A stretch of 64,000 nucleotides of DNA, taken from an uncultured delta proteobacterium. Lineage in GTDB: Bacteria; Myxococcota_A; Polyangia; Fen-1088. The stretch lies in contig CAVYGB010000009.1 in NCBI GenBank assembly GCA_963767925.1, positions 32,001 to 96,000 of the forward strand, written 5' to 3'. The position numbers and the translations under genes are program-made. The notes under the pieces are model-generated. The model ran no database searches. It worked only from the letters and a program-made list of their open reading frames with translations, and had not been told where the DNA came from. Numbering within the stretch: the first letter of the stretch is position 1; each line of letters starts with the position of its first letter. Positions 1 to 16,227 of this stretch are shown here, in pieces.

Positions 1-1
1 T

Positions 2-376
2 GACGAGATCAAGACCGAGATGCTCGACCGCCTGGAGAGCATCCGAAGCCGAACTGTAGCTGGCGTGGAACAGGAAACCTGGGGCATCCTTCTCGCGTAC
101 AACCTGGTTCGTCTCGAGATGGCGCGTACCGCGGCCGAGCTCGGCGTCGAGCCCACGCGCATCAGCTTCGTCACCGCCCTTCGGATCATCTGCGATACCT
201 GGTCCTGGTGTGCGGTAGCTTCGCCCGGCGCTTTGCCGGCCAGACTGAAGAACATGCGGGACATCTTCACGCGCTTGATACTTCCAGAGCGGCGCCGATC
301 ACGTCGATACCCTCGAGCCGTGAAGATCAAGATGAGCAAATTCCCGCGAAAACGCCCCGATCATGCCAACCCTTAA
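2..376 (+). mobile_element. IS4-family transposase, C-terminal part (gene starts before the window)
   Basis: Frame reads DEIKTEML...VEQETWGILLAYNLVR...RRYPRAVKIKMS, a typical IS4 transposase C-terminus. It is open at the window edge. Confidence 0.85.
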
Positions 377-389
377 CCGACCGGCATTG
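372..389 (+). mobile_element. Right terminal inverted repeat of the IS4-family element
   Basis: CTTAACCGACCGGCATTG; the reverse complement CAATGCCGGTCGGTTAAG closely resembles the IS4 end TAATGCCGATCAGTTAAG and overlaps the transposase stop. Confidence 0.75.
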
Positions 390-691
390 GTGCTAAGCAT
401 GGCCGCCCACGTCGGATCGCTAATGCCAAAGTCAATGAAGTGACTGATGTGCGTCTGGCCGCCCGAGCTAGTTCCCCAGATTAGGCAAAAAAAACTCGAA
501 CCAGTGCCGGTGCCCCCGCTAGTACAGGTCCACGGAGTCCCGTCTGGAGGAGTTGACGTCGCCGCTACCGGATAGAGGCTATCGGTGTGGTGGGCGTAAG
601 CAAGACCGCCACCGACAATCAAGGCGACAGCAAATGCCGCATTTCGAGTGAGAGGCGGTAGTCGGAATCTCAGACCAGTTGCACGTTTCAT
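390..691 (-). pseudogene. Secreted protein gene interrupted by the IS4 insertion
   Basis: ATG at 691 with GGAGG 6 nt upstream and a signal-peptide-like AAFAVALIVGGGLAYA. The frame runs straight into the IS end at 389. Confidence 0.6.
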
Positions 692-1803
692 GTGAGTCCT
701 CCGATGGAGCTTTACAACTGAGCGGCCGGAATGGCCGGGCGCGCAGTATATCACTCGCTGTTTGCCGATTTCAATTGCCAAGTAGATTGCAGCTGTCGTT
801 GCTGCTCAGCCGGATGTAGTTGGTTCGTCGCACACCACACGGCACAAGCCGTGATTGCTCGCCTGGAACCCCAGGTGTGACTTGGGTGTTGCAGAGGTCC
901 CAATGATTACCGCCGACGTCAGGGTCTGAGTAGACCCGGAGTCGCGTTTAACGAGGGGGCCAAGGACAGTTGTCCTGGGTAATTGATACGCCGCACGCGG
1001 AAACCGAGGAGACTTCCGGTCTGTTTGTTACGGTAGATCTACCGATGGCGTGGGCCCGTTAGCGAGTGAGCATACGACAGGGGCGCCGACGTTAGGCTCG
1101 AACACTTCACTCCGGTCCTATAAACGTCGACCCGTCCGCGTGAACGACAAGGTGGGCAAGGGCCCTTTCAACCGCCCGTGCTCAAGCCGGAACGTCTACG
1201 CGGCCACCTTCACGCTTCGGGATACCTCCGAACGGATCGCGTCCGCTTTCGAGTCTGCGCCGCTCGCGCCGCTCGCGCCGACGCATATGAGGCGAGCACT
1301 GAGGCCCGTCGCTCGTCCGGACATTCGATATTGCCTCTCGCGTGGCTCCACTGTCGATTACGGCCCATTACGACTCGCCTCCGACTGTTCCCTACTTGAG
1401 CTTCGTAGACGGTGCGTGGTGGTGGGGCGAACTCCGCGCCGTCGGGGCCTGGACCCAGAAGAATCAAGGCTCCTCTTCCGCCCTCACGCCAATCTCCAAG
1501 TCCCCGAATCCGAAAGTGGGGCCCGCGGTCCCCGTATGCCGATGGTCAGCGACTCGATACTTCCGATCACTGGCCGCAGTCGTAGGCCTCCGGAGGAGAC
1601 CCCGGTCCTTCTCGTCGGCACGGCTCCGTCCGTGTAAGGCCCCGGCTAGAAATGCCCCCTTTGGGCCGAGATGAAGGGATTGCGCCCCACCGGTGGACGC
1701 CTCTGCGGGTGCGAACGCGGAGGCCGGCGTCCACGCCTTCTCCAAGTGCGCGCCACCGTGGCCTGGTCATGAACGTTTACATTTCAAGGACCCGCAGGAC
1801 TCC

Positions 1804-1955
1804 TGACGGCCGCCAGGCTCATGGGGCCAGGGGCGGGCGTTTTCGCCAGGGTCATGGGGCCACGGATTCGCCAGAGTCATGGGGCCAGTCGCGGGTGACC
1901 GGTCCTGGGTTTCGCCAGGGTCATGGGGCCAGTCGATCGCCAGGGTCATGGGCCA
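1804..1955 (+). repeat. IS21-family left end with five ~19-bp repeats (CGCCAGGGTCATGGGGCCA)
   Basis: Copies at 1811, 1844, 1869, 1913 and 1938, with TG at 1804, directly upstream of an istA remnant. Multiple subterminal repeats are characteristic of IS21 ends. Confidence 0.75.
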
Positions 1956-2037
1956 TCTATGACCAGCCGCGGCGACTGACCTTGGCATCGAAACCGAAGG
2001 CAAGACTGACCGCCGAGGCGGCCGCCGCGATGGCCAC

Positions 2038-2710
2038 ATGAACTTTTCGGGAGATCACGATGTAAGACGTATCCGAGGTACTGCGCCGCTGGCAGGCGGG
2101 GCAAAGCGCGCGGCGAATCGGGCGAGAGACGGGCCTGGACCGCAAGACCGTGGGCCGCTACATCGAGGAGGCCCAGGCCGGAGGGGTAGTGGCCGAGGTC
2201 GCGGTGACCGAGCAGGAGGTGCGTGCCGCCGGCAAAGGGGCGCAGGCGCGTCCGCTCCCGTCGCCGTCGCAGCAAAGGCAGGCCTTGGCCGGGCGCCGCG
2301 AGCAGATCAGCGTCTGGCTCGGGGGCGATCGGCCGTTGCGACTCGTACGTGTGCACGAGCTGCTTGAGCGGGATGAGGTGGTGGTCCGCTACACCACTCT
2401 CCGCCGCTACGTGCAGCGCGAGCTCGGCTGGCGCAAGAAGCAGCCGACGGTGCGGCTCAAGGATCCGGAACCAGGGCAAGAGGCCCAGATCGACTTCGGG
2501 CTAATGGGTACCATCGCCGACGAGGAGGGCAAGCCGCGAAAGCTGTATGCGCTGATCGTAACGCTGTCGTCGAGTCGACACATGTTCGTTTGACCGACGC
2601 TGCGGCAGACGATCGAGGAGGTGTGCGCCGGACTCGACGCCGCATGGCAGTTCTTCGGAGGCGTGCCCATGTACACGATCCTCGGTAACGCGACGGCGAT
2701 GATGTTGCGC
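2038..2710 (+). pseudogene. istA: IS21-family transposase IstA remnant
   Basis: EVLRRWQAGQSARRIGRETGLDRKTVGRYI (HTH), PGQEAQIDFG and AWQFFGGVP. Frameshift just after the ATG, in-frame stops at ~2063 and 2591, truncated at ~2710. Confidence 0.85.
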
Positions 2711-2720
2711 GAGCCCTATC

Positions 2721-3807
2721 TGCCAACGTGACCTGAGATGACGCCGGGGCGGAATTTGGTGTCGAGGGCGAGCCTGGAACGATAGGACATGAGCAGTGTG
2801 TTGGCACAGGATGCCGAGGTCGTGGCGAAAGCAAGGCGGCGGTCGTTCACCGCCGAGTACAGGCGGGGGATTCTCAGTCAGGCCGCCGGGTGCAAGCTCG
2901 GCGAACTGGGGGCGCTGCTGCGCCGAGAGGGGCTCTACTCGTCGCACCTTACGGTGTGGCGCCGCGAGATGGAACAGCGTGGACTGGCTGGGCTAGCGCC
3001 CAGGAAGAGAGGGCCCAAGGTGACGCCACCGAGCCCGGAAGAGACCGAAAATCGCCGACTGCTCCGCGAGGTCGCCGTCCTGACGGCCCAGTACACCGCG
3101 CCCGAACTCATGGCGACCAAGCCCAATCAAGTGTGTAGTTGGGACATCACGAAGTTGAAGACTTTCGTCAAGTGCCAGTACCTTCACCTGTACGTCATCC
3201 TCGACGTCTACTCTCGCTACGTCGTCGGCTGGCGGGTAGAGACCCGCGAATCCGGCGAGCTGGCCAGGGACCTGATGGAGACCTCGTGCGAGCGGCAGCA
3301 GATCCAGCCCGGCGTCCTCTCGATGCATTCCGACAACGGCCCCGCGATGATCTCTCAACCGGTGGCTCCCTGCTGATCACCCTCGACGTGGCCAAGAGCC
3401 ACTCGCGCCCCCACGTTTCCGACGACAACCCCTTCTCGGAGTCCCAGTTCAAAATCCTCAAGTTCCGCCCCTCATTTCCCGAACGCTTCGCCTCCCTGGA
3501 GCACGCACGGGCTTTCCTGCGGCAGTTCTTCGCTTCGTACAACACCGAGCACCACCAGAGCCGCTTGGCCCTCCTCACGCCCTCCGACGTCCATCATGGC
3601 CTCGTCGACCAGCGCATTGGCCAGCGCGCCCTCGTCCTCGACGCCGCCTTCGCCGCCAGGCCAGGCCGGAGCGCTTCGTCCGACCGCCACCCACCCCGCG
3701 TCGGCCACCTGAAACCGTGTGGATCAACCCTCCTAAGGAATCTCCAGCGACCGAGGCGCGAGCGTAAATTCAACAGTCGGCGATCTGAGAATCGTTGACA
3801 GGTTCCG
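2721..3807 (+). mobile_element. Degenerate IS3-family element with an internal deletion joining orfA to the integrase core
   Basis: OrfA RRRSFTAEY...LLRREGLYSSHL is joined directly to PELMATKPNQVCSWDITKL...HSDNG; frameshift ~3365; SRPHVSDDNPFSESQFK. Imperfect end similarity: TGCCAACG..CTGAGAT (2721) vs ATCTGAGAATCGTTGACA (to 3800). Exact ends uncertain. Confidence 0.8.
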
Positions 3808-4386
3808 CCGAGCTGATCCCATTTCTGCGGCAGGTGGTGCTGGAGTCTCATTCGGACCTGGTCTTCCCGAAGCCGGACGGGTCAATGATGAGCGAGGAGG
3901 TCAACCTGGAGGACGTGCTCCGCTGGGCGCTGGCCCGGGCGGGCATCGTGCTCGGGTACGTACACGTCTGCCGGAGGAAGGCCTGCGGCTACGAGGAACA
4001 GACCGGCGACGCGACCGAGCGCCGCTGTCCGACGCACGGGATGCGCCTGTGGCCGAAGGCCCGCCACCGTCCGATCCGGTTCCACGATCTGCGGCACACG
4101 ACTGCCAGCTTGCGGCTCATGGCGGGCGCGAATCCGGCCGCCGTCCAGCGGATCCTGCGGCACAGCGACCCGCGCATCACGACCGAGGTCTGCGGGCACC
4201 TTCTGCCGGGGTACCTGCGGGCGGAGATCGACCGGCTCGCCTTCGGCGTCAGCCCGGGCGCAGAAGAGCGTCTCCTGGCAAAGAACCTCGCTCCGTTTTC
4301 TTCACCCTTTCTACCGGGCGCCTGCGGAGCGCTTCCCGAGCCTCTCTCCGGCCCCGCGGGGCCGGGTGATCGGGGCGATTCGACTG

Positions 4387-4460
4387 TGGGCGCGGCGGGA
4401 CTCGAACCCACTACCCCCGGCTTCGGAGGCCGGTACTCTATCCAGATGAGCTACGCGCCC
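4387..4460 (-). tRNA. tRNA-Arg (anticodon CCG)
   Basis: Minus strand GGGCGCGTAGCTCATCTGGATAGAGTACCGGCCTCCGAAGCCGGGGGTAGTGGGTTCGAGTCCCGCCGCGCCCA. Acceptor stem, D-loop, anticodon arm CCGGC-CTCCGAA-GCCGG and GTTCGA T-loop are present; CCA is not encoded. Confidence 0.95.
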
Positions 4461-4497
4461 AGTGGGACTGGGATTCGACGCGGGCGTCGAAGCGGTG

Positions 4498-4526
4498 TCT
4501 TTAGCGCGGTTTGGCTTCTGCGTAAA
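4498..4526 (-). promoter_or_regulatory. Possible sigma-70 promoter of the tRNA
   Basis: Minus strand TTTACG-17 nt-TAAAGA, ~40 nt upstream of the tRNA 5' end. Confidence 0.4.
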
Positions 4527-4710
4527 GACGTTGTCGAGGGGGGTGGGGCGGGGGGCGGGGGGTAAAAATTGGGTCAGGGGGGGGCTGGGGGGCGGGTGGG
4601 GGAGGTTCGGGGGGGCGCGGGGTCGGAGAATCGTGCCATCTTAGGGCGCTCGCCGGCTGGACCGGGGCCGGGGGTGGGCGGGGGCGGTCCGGTGGCGGGT
4701 GGATGGACGA

Positions 4711-5509
4711 ATGATTGAGCTTGCCGGGATTCAAAAGGCCTACCGCGTCGGGGCCCGCACGCTGCCGGTGCTGCGTGATGTGAGCTTGCGGGTTGGGGAG
4801 GGGGAGTTCGTGGCGGTCATGGGGGCTTCGGGGTCGGGCAAGTCGACGATGCTCAACGTCCTCGGGATCCTCGACGACTACGACGAGGGGGAGTACCGGC
4901 TCGACGGGACGCTGATCCGGGGGCTGTCGGAGCGGCGGGCGGCGGTGTACCGCAACCGGTTCATCGGGTTCGTGTTCCAGGCGTTCAACCTGCTGCCCTA
5001 CAAGACGGCGGTCGAAAACGTCGAGCTGCCCCTGCAGTACCGGGGGATCGCGCGGGGGCGGCGGCGGGAGATGGCGCTGGCGGCGCTCGAGCGGGTGGGG
5101 CTGGCGGCGCGCGGCGAGCACGTGCCCGCGGAGCTGTCGGGCGGCGAGAAGCAGCGGGTGGCGATCGCCCGGGCGCTCATCGGGCAGCCCCGGCTGATCC
5201 TGGCCGACGAGCCGACCGGCGCGCTCGACACCACTACCTCCGGCGCAGATCATGGACCTGCTCGACGAGGCCAACCGCGCCGGCATCACCATCGTGATGG
5301 TCACCCACGAGGCCGACGTCGCGGCCCGCGCCCACCGCCTGGTCCGCATCCGCGACGGCCGCATCGTCGAGGACACGCGCCATCCACCGCTCCGTGCCCC
5401 CAACCGTCGCCTCCGACGAGGTCAGCCGTCAAATGACGGGGTTGATCGCGTGGCGGAGCCGCCGAGCTTGCTCGGCGCGAAGCTTCGCGGGAGGGAGGGA
5501 ACCCTTTGA
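4711..5509 (+). CDS. ABC transporter ATP-binding protein (MacB/LolD type), one frameshift ~5245
   Basis: GASGSGKST, LSGGEKQRVAIARAL, ILADEPTGALD; the H-loop VTHE continues in another frame (5252-5509). Confidence 0.85.
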
Positions 5510-5521
5510 GGGTTCCGGGCC

Positions 5522-6796
<1,275 letters not shown>

Positions 6797-6808
6797 ACGA
6801 GGCGGGCC

Positions 6809-8089
6809 ATGGCGCATCTTCGAGCTCGACCACTTCCACGAGATCCTGCAGACGCTGCGGCGCAACCGCCTGCGCACCTTCCTCACCGCCTGCGGGTGTT
6901 CTGGGGGGTGTTCATGCTGGTGCGTGATGCTCGGCTTCGGCCGCGGGCTGGAGAAGGCGGTCGAGGAGGACATCGGCTTCTTCGCCATCAACAACATCGG
7001 CTTTCGGGGCGAGAACACCAGCAAGCCCTTCGCCGGCCAGCAGGCCGGGCCGCCGGGTCTGGCTCACCCTCGACGACATGGAGGCGGTCCGCGCAGGTGC
7101 CCGGGGTGCAGGTCGCCTTCGGCCGCAACCACCTGCAGGGCTCGACTGGCCTCGCGCGGCGAGAAGACCGTCGACAGCGATGTTGATCGGCGACTACCCC
7201 GAGGGCTGCGCTCACCGAGCGCAGCGTGCATCAGCCGCGGCCGCTTCCTCAACGCGATCGGACATGAAGGAGGCGCGCAAGGTGGCGGTCATCGGCACCA
7301 AGATCCAGGAGGTGCTGTTCGCGCCCGGCGAGGATCCCATCGGGGAGACCATCCGGGCGGGCAACGCCATCTTCCAGGTGGTGGGCGTGCTCGACACGAC
7401 CGGCTTCGGACCGGGCGGGCAGCAGCGCGACTTCTTCAACAGCCGCATCTTCGTCCCCCGACCGGCGCTGGCCCGCATCCTGGGCATGGGCGATCGCATC
7501 ACCACCATCCCGATCCTGCTCGACTCGACCCGCCCCTCGATCGAGGTCGGAGAACGACGTCAAGGCCCTGCTGCAAGGCCCGCCACCGCGTCGCCCCCGA
7601 CGACGAACGGGCCATCATGGGCTTCAACCGGGACAAGAGCTTCAAGCGCTTCCAGGCCCTGTTCTTCGGCATCCGCACCCTGACCTGGGTGGTGGGGGTG
7701 TTGACCCTGTTCGCGGGGGCCATCGGCGTCTCGAACATCATGATGATCGCGGTGGCCGAGCGGACCCGGGAGATCGGCATCCGCAAGGCGATCGGCGCCA
7801 CGCCCGCCTCGATCATGGGGCAGATCGTCGCCGAGGCCACCGTGCTGACCGGGCTGGCCGGCTACCTGGGGCTGTGCGCGGGGGTGGGCGCTGCTGCAGA
7901 TCGCCGCCAAGATCGTCAAGCGCCCTGCCGGCCGGGGCGGGCCCCCGCTTCTTTTCCAGCCCCGAGCTGGATCTGGGCAAGGCGGTGCTGGCCGCCGTCG
8001 TCCTCACCCTGGCCGGGGCCCTGGCCGGTCTGGCCCCCGCCCGGGCGGCGGTGGCGGTGCGCCCGGTCGAGGCTCTGGCCCATGAATGA
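6809..8089 (+). CDS. Second ABC transporter permease (MacB/FtsX type), multiple frameshifts
   Basis: LRRNRLRTFLTA, GAIGVSNIMMIAVAERTREIGIRKAIGA and PARAAVAVRPVEALAHE lie in different frames. Confidence 0.8.
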
Positions 8090-8117
8090 CGATCCTGTGC
8101 GAGCTGAAGCCGAAGGC

Positions 8118-9240
8118 ATGAAGAGCAAACGCATCTGTTCCCGTTCGCGATCGCGGTGGTCATCGTCGGCATGTTCGGCGGCACCCTCTGGTTCCTCTGG
8201 GCCAAGTCGCGCCCCAAGGCGGTCGAGCTGGTCAGACCGAGCAGCCGATGGTCACCGACATCGTCAAGAAGGTCGTCGCCTCGGGCACCATCGAGCCGCG
8301 CAGGGAGATCGAGATCAAGCCGCGCATCTCGGGCATCCTGCGCAAGCTCAACGTGCAGCCCGGCCAGCAGGTCAAGCGCGGCGACCTGCTCGGCGAGGTG
8401 CAGGTCATCCCCGACGTGGTCAGCCTCAACGAGGCCGAGCTGCGCGAGCGGTCGAGCCGGCTGGCGGTCGAGCGGTCCAAGCGCGAGCTCGACCGGGCGG
8501 TGAAGCTGGGGGCCAGCGGCGCGGCCACCCTCGGCGAGCTGGACAGGCTGCGCTCGGACTACGAGCTGGCGGTCGAGGAGCTGCGGGGGGCCGAGGCCCG
8601 CGTGCGCCTGGTGCGGGTGGGGGCGGCCAGCAAGGCCCGGGGAGCAGCGGCCTCCACCTCGGTCGAGTCGACGGTGAACGGGACCGTGCTCACCGTGCCG
8701 GTCAAGGAGGGCAGCTCGGTCATCAACGCCAACAGCTTCAACCCCGGGACCACGGTGGCGGTGGTGGCCGACATGAGCGACATGATCTTCAAGGGCCGGG
8801 TCGACGAGTCGGAGGTGGGCAAGCTGCGCAGCGGGATGCCGGTCGAGATCGTCGTCGGCGCCCTCGAGGACACCCGGTTCGTCGGCACGCTCGAGCACAT
8901 CGCCCCCAAGAGCCAGATCAAGGACGGCACCACCGAGTTCGAGATCGAGGCCGCCTTCCGCACCCCGCCCGACGTCGTCGTGCGCGCCGGCTACAGCGCC
9001 AACGCCAACATCGTGCTCGACCGGCGGCAGAGCGTGCTCGCCATCAACGAGAGCCTGCTCATGTTCGAGAAGGACCGCCGCTTCGTCGAGGTGGAGGTGG
9101 CCCCCACCCGGTTCGAGCGGCGCGAGGTCCGCCTGGGCCTGTCCGACGGTGTCCGGGTCGAGGTCATCTCCGGGCTGAAGAAGGACACTGTCCTGCGCAA
9201 GCCGGTGCGGGGCGCCGCCGGCCCCATGGGCCGCATCTGA
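8118..9240 (+). CDS. Efflux periplasmic adaptor subunit (MacA/HlyD type), frameshifts at the 5' end
   Basis: VVASGTIEPRREIEIKPRISG...VKRGDLL, VDESEVGKL, REVRLGLSDG; the TM anchor is in another frame at 8156. Confidence 0.85.
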
Positions 9241-9308
9241 GCGCCTTCGCCGTCCGGAGCGGGGGCAGACCCGATAAGCGTCCGCGTCGGACCTGCTAGA
9301 ACTTCCGG

Positions 9309-14280
<4,972 letters not shown>

Positions 14281-14284
14281 CGAC

Positions 14285-15142
14285 ATGCCCGAGGGCGATA
14301 CCATCCACCGGGCCGCCGCCAACCTGCAGCGCGCGCTGCAGGGGCGGGTCGTCACCGACTTCCAGACCGGCTACGCCCAGCTCGCGCGGGTCGACGACGA
14401 CGCGCCCATCGCCGGCCGCACGGTCGAGTCGGTGCAGGCGGCCGGCAAGCACCTGCTCATGCGCTTCGGCGCCCACCCCGGCGAGGGGGGCGCGCCGCTC
14501 ACCTTGCGCACGCACATGCGCATGAGCGGGAGCTGGCACATCTACCGCCCGGGCGATCGCTGGCAGCGCTCCCGCCGCGACATGCGCATCCTCGTCGCCA
14601 CCGAGGCCTACCTGGCGGTGGCCTTCTCGGTGCCGGTGGCCGAGCTGCTCGACGACCGCGCGCTCGCCCGCGACCCCACCCTGCGCCGCCTGGGCCCCGA
14701 CCTGCTGGGCGAGGCCTTCGACCCCACCGAGGCTCTGCGCCGCCTGCGCGCCCGCCCCGCCGCCCCGATCGGCGAGCTGCTGCTCGACCAGAGCGTGGTG
14801 GCCGGCGCGGGCAACGTCTACCGCTCGGAGCTGCTCTTCCTCGCCCGCCTCGATCCCGACCGCCCCGTCGCCGACATCCCCGACGAGAAGCTCGGCGAGC
14901 TGCTGGCCATCGCCGAGCGAACCATGCGAGCCAACGTCGCCACCGGCGGCCTCAGCCGCGACGGCAGCATCGTCACCTACACCGGCCTGCGCCGCACCAC
15001 CCACCGCAGCGACCCCTCCGCCCGCCTCTGGGTCTACGGCCGCCGCAACCAACCCTGCCGCCGCTGCGGCACCCCCATCGCCTACAAGAAGACCGGTGTG
15101 CACGCCCGCGGCCTCTACCACTGCCCCACCTGCCAGCACTGA
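14285..15142 (+). CDS. nei: Fpg/Nei family DNA glycosylase (endonuclease VIII-like)
   Basis: N-terminal MPEGDT, GKHLL, HMRMSGSW, LLDQSVVAGAGNVYRSE and a C-terminal CxxC...CxxC zinc finger; 4 nt after the lhr stop. Confidence 0.92.
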   Translation: MPEGDTIHRAAANLQRALQGRVVTDFQTGYAQLARVDDDAPIAGRTVESVQAAGKHLLMRFGAHPGEGGAPLTLRTHMRMSGSWHIYRPGDRWQRSRRDMRILVATEAYLAVAFSVPVAELLDDRALARDPTLRRLGPDLLGEAFDPTEALRRLRARPAAPIGELLLDQSVVAGAGNVYRSELLFLARLDPDRPVADIPDEKLGELLAIAERTMRANVATGGLSRDGSIVTYTGLRRTTHRSDPSARLWVYGRRNQPCRRCGTPIAYKKTGVHARGLYHCPTCQH

Positions 15143-15153
15143 CCCTTCCCCCC

Positions 15154-15234
15154 ACGGGAACGGGAACGGGGGAACGGGGAACGGGGAACGGGAACGGCTA
15201 CGCGTCCCCGTCCCCGTATGCGTCCCCGTCCCCG
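15154..15234 (-). terminator. Long repeat-built hairpin between convergent nei and crystallin genes
   Basis: Six GGGAAC-type units followed by four GTCCCC units; pairs well on the minus-strand RNA using G-U wobble. Confidence 0.5.
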
Positions 15235-15264
15235 CCCGCCCTGCCCTATCCCTCCGCCCCGCCG

Positions 15265-16098
15265 TCACTGCCGCGCGACGATCATCGACGACACCATATC
15301 GTTCGCGCCCCCGAGATACGCCGACGCGTGACCCGGCCCGAACGCCGCCAGCGTCAGCCCCTGATAATTCCCGTGCTCGAACATCTGCAGCGTGGTCCCC
15401 GGGCCGACCTTCACCGAAGACACAGTGTCGTTCCCCACCCCTTCCCGGAACATGGGCACATACCCGGCGGGTCCACGGGGCGCCTGGCAGGGCTGGCCCC
15501 AGCGGCACTCGATGGTCTCGAAGTCGCCTTCCTCCCAGATGGGCAGATCCTGGTCGGCCCGGTACACCTGGCAGCGCGCCCCCTCGAAGTTGGCGTCGTC
15601 CCACACCGCCACCTCACCCTCGCCCGGCTGGAAGCCCGGGTTCAGGGAGCAGTCGCCGCCGCGCACGACGATCTTGAACGAGGAGGTGGCGTCGTTCATC
15701 GCCACGTTGTTCGAGCCGTCGAGCCGGATGGCCCCGCCCTGCAGGCCGCCGTCCGCGAACAGGATCACCGAGACGTTGCCGCCGACGAGCACGGAGCTGA
15801 GGGCGTCGTTGGGGAAGAGCGACCCGTCCCAGGTCGGGTAGACGGCGGGGCCGTCGAACACCGCGCAGTGTCCCTGGAAACCGCCGTCGACGAAGAAGGC
15901 GACCTGGTCGGGGCCCGGCTGGCAGCCGGTCCGGAGCGCCCGGGTCACCACCTCGACCTGGTCGGCCGCCGGCTCGGGCGAGGGGACTTCGACCCCGGCG
16001 CCGGTTTCGTCGGGCAGCGGGCCGCAGGCGGGCAGGGCAAAGGCGAGGCAGGTGGCGAACAGGCTCGAGGTCATTCGGAGGGAGGTGGCGGTCGGCAT
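15265..16098 (-). CDS. Beta/gamma-crystallin (Protein S-like) domain lipoprotein
   Basis: Lipobox-like ALPAC; repeated Greek-key motifs FVDGGFQG, NDALSSVLV, WDDANFEG, NDTVSSVKV, FEHGNYQG, NDMVSSMIV; GGAGG before ATG 16098. Confidence 0.8.
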   Translation of the reverse strand: MPTATSLRMTSSLFATCLAFALPACGPLPDETGAGVEVPSPEPAADQVEVVTRALRTGCQPGPDQVAFFVDGGFQGHCAVFDGPAVYPTWDGSLFPNDALSSVLVGGNVSVILFADGGLQGGAIRLDGSNNVAMNDATSSFKIVVRGGDCSLNPGFQPGEGEVAVWDDANFEGARCQVYRADQDLPIWEEGDFETIECRWGQPCQAPRGPAGYVPMFREGVGNDTVSSVKVGPGTTLQMFEHGNYQGLTLAAFGPGHASAYLGGANDMVSSMIVARQ

Positions 16099-16147
16099 GG
16101 TAGGCCTCCAGGTTCGAGGGGCTTGTTGAGTGGACATTCCCTCCTGC

Positions 16148-16163
16148 TGCAAGCCCCAAGCCA
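16148..16163 (-). promoter_or_regulatory. Sigma-54 (-24/-12) promoter of the crystallin gene
   Basis: Minus strand TGGCTTGGGGCTTGCA = GG-N10-GC, ~50 nt upstream of the start. Confidence 0.65.
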
Positions 16164-16227
16164 CGGAATCCACGGCCGGATCTTCCGCGCGCGCCGGCCC
16201 CCTGTGGTGGCGCGGCGACAGATCTTT

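Larger units (their letters stand above)
3808..4565 (+). pseudogene. Tyrosine recombinase/phage integrase, C-terminal remnant
   Basis: IRFHDLRHTTAS and VQRILRHSDPRITTEVCGH, with the expected catalytic Tyr replaced by Cys (TGC 4191-4193). The N-terminus is lost at the IS3 boundary and the frame reads through the tRNA antisense. Confidence 0.85.

Noticed and set aside
1050..1770. Several overlapping ORFs in the island
   Set aside because: No recognisable motif, RBS or consistent codon bias; I cannot support any of them as a gene.
1811..1955. CRISPR-like or iteron repeats
   Set aside because: 19-bp units with short irregular gaps directly before istA fit IS21 subterminal repeats.
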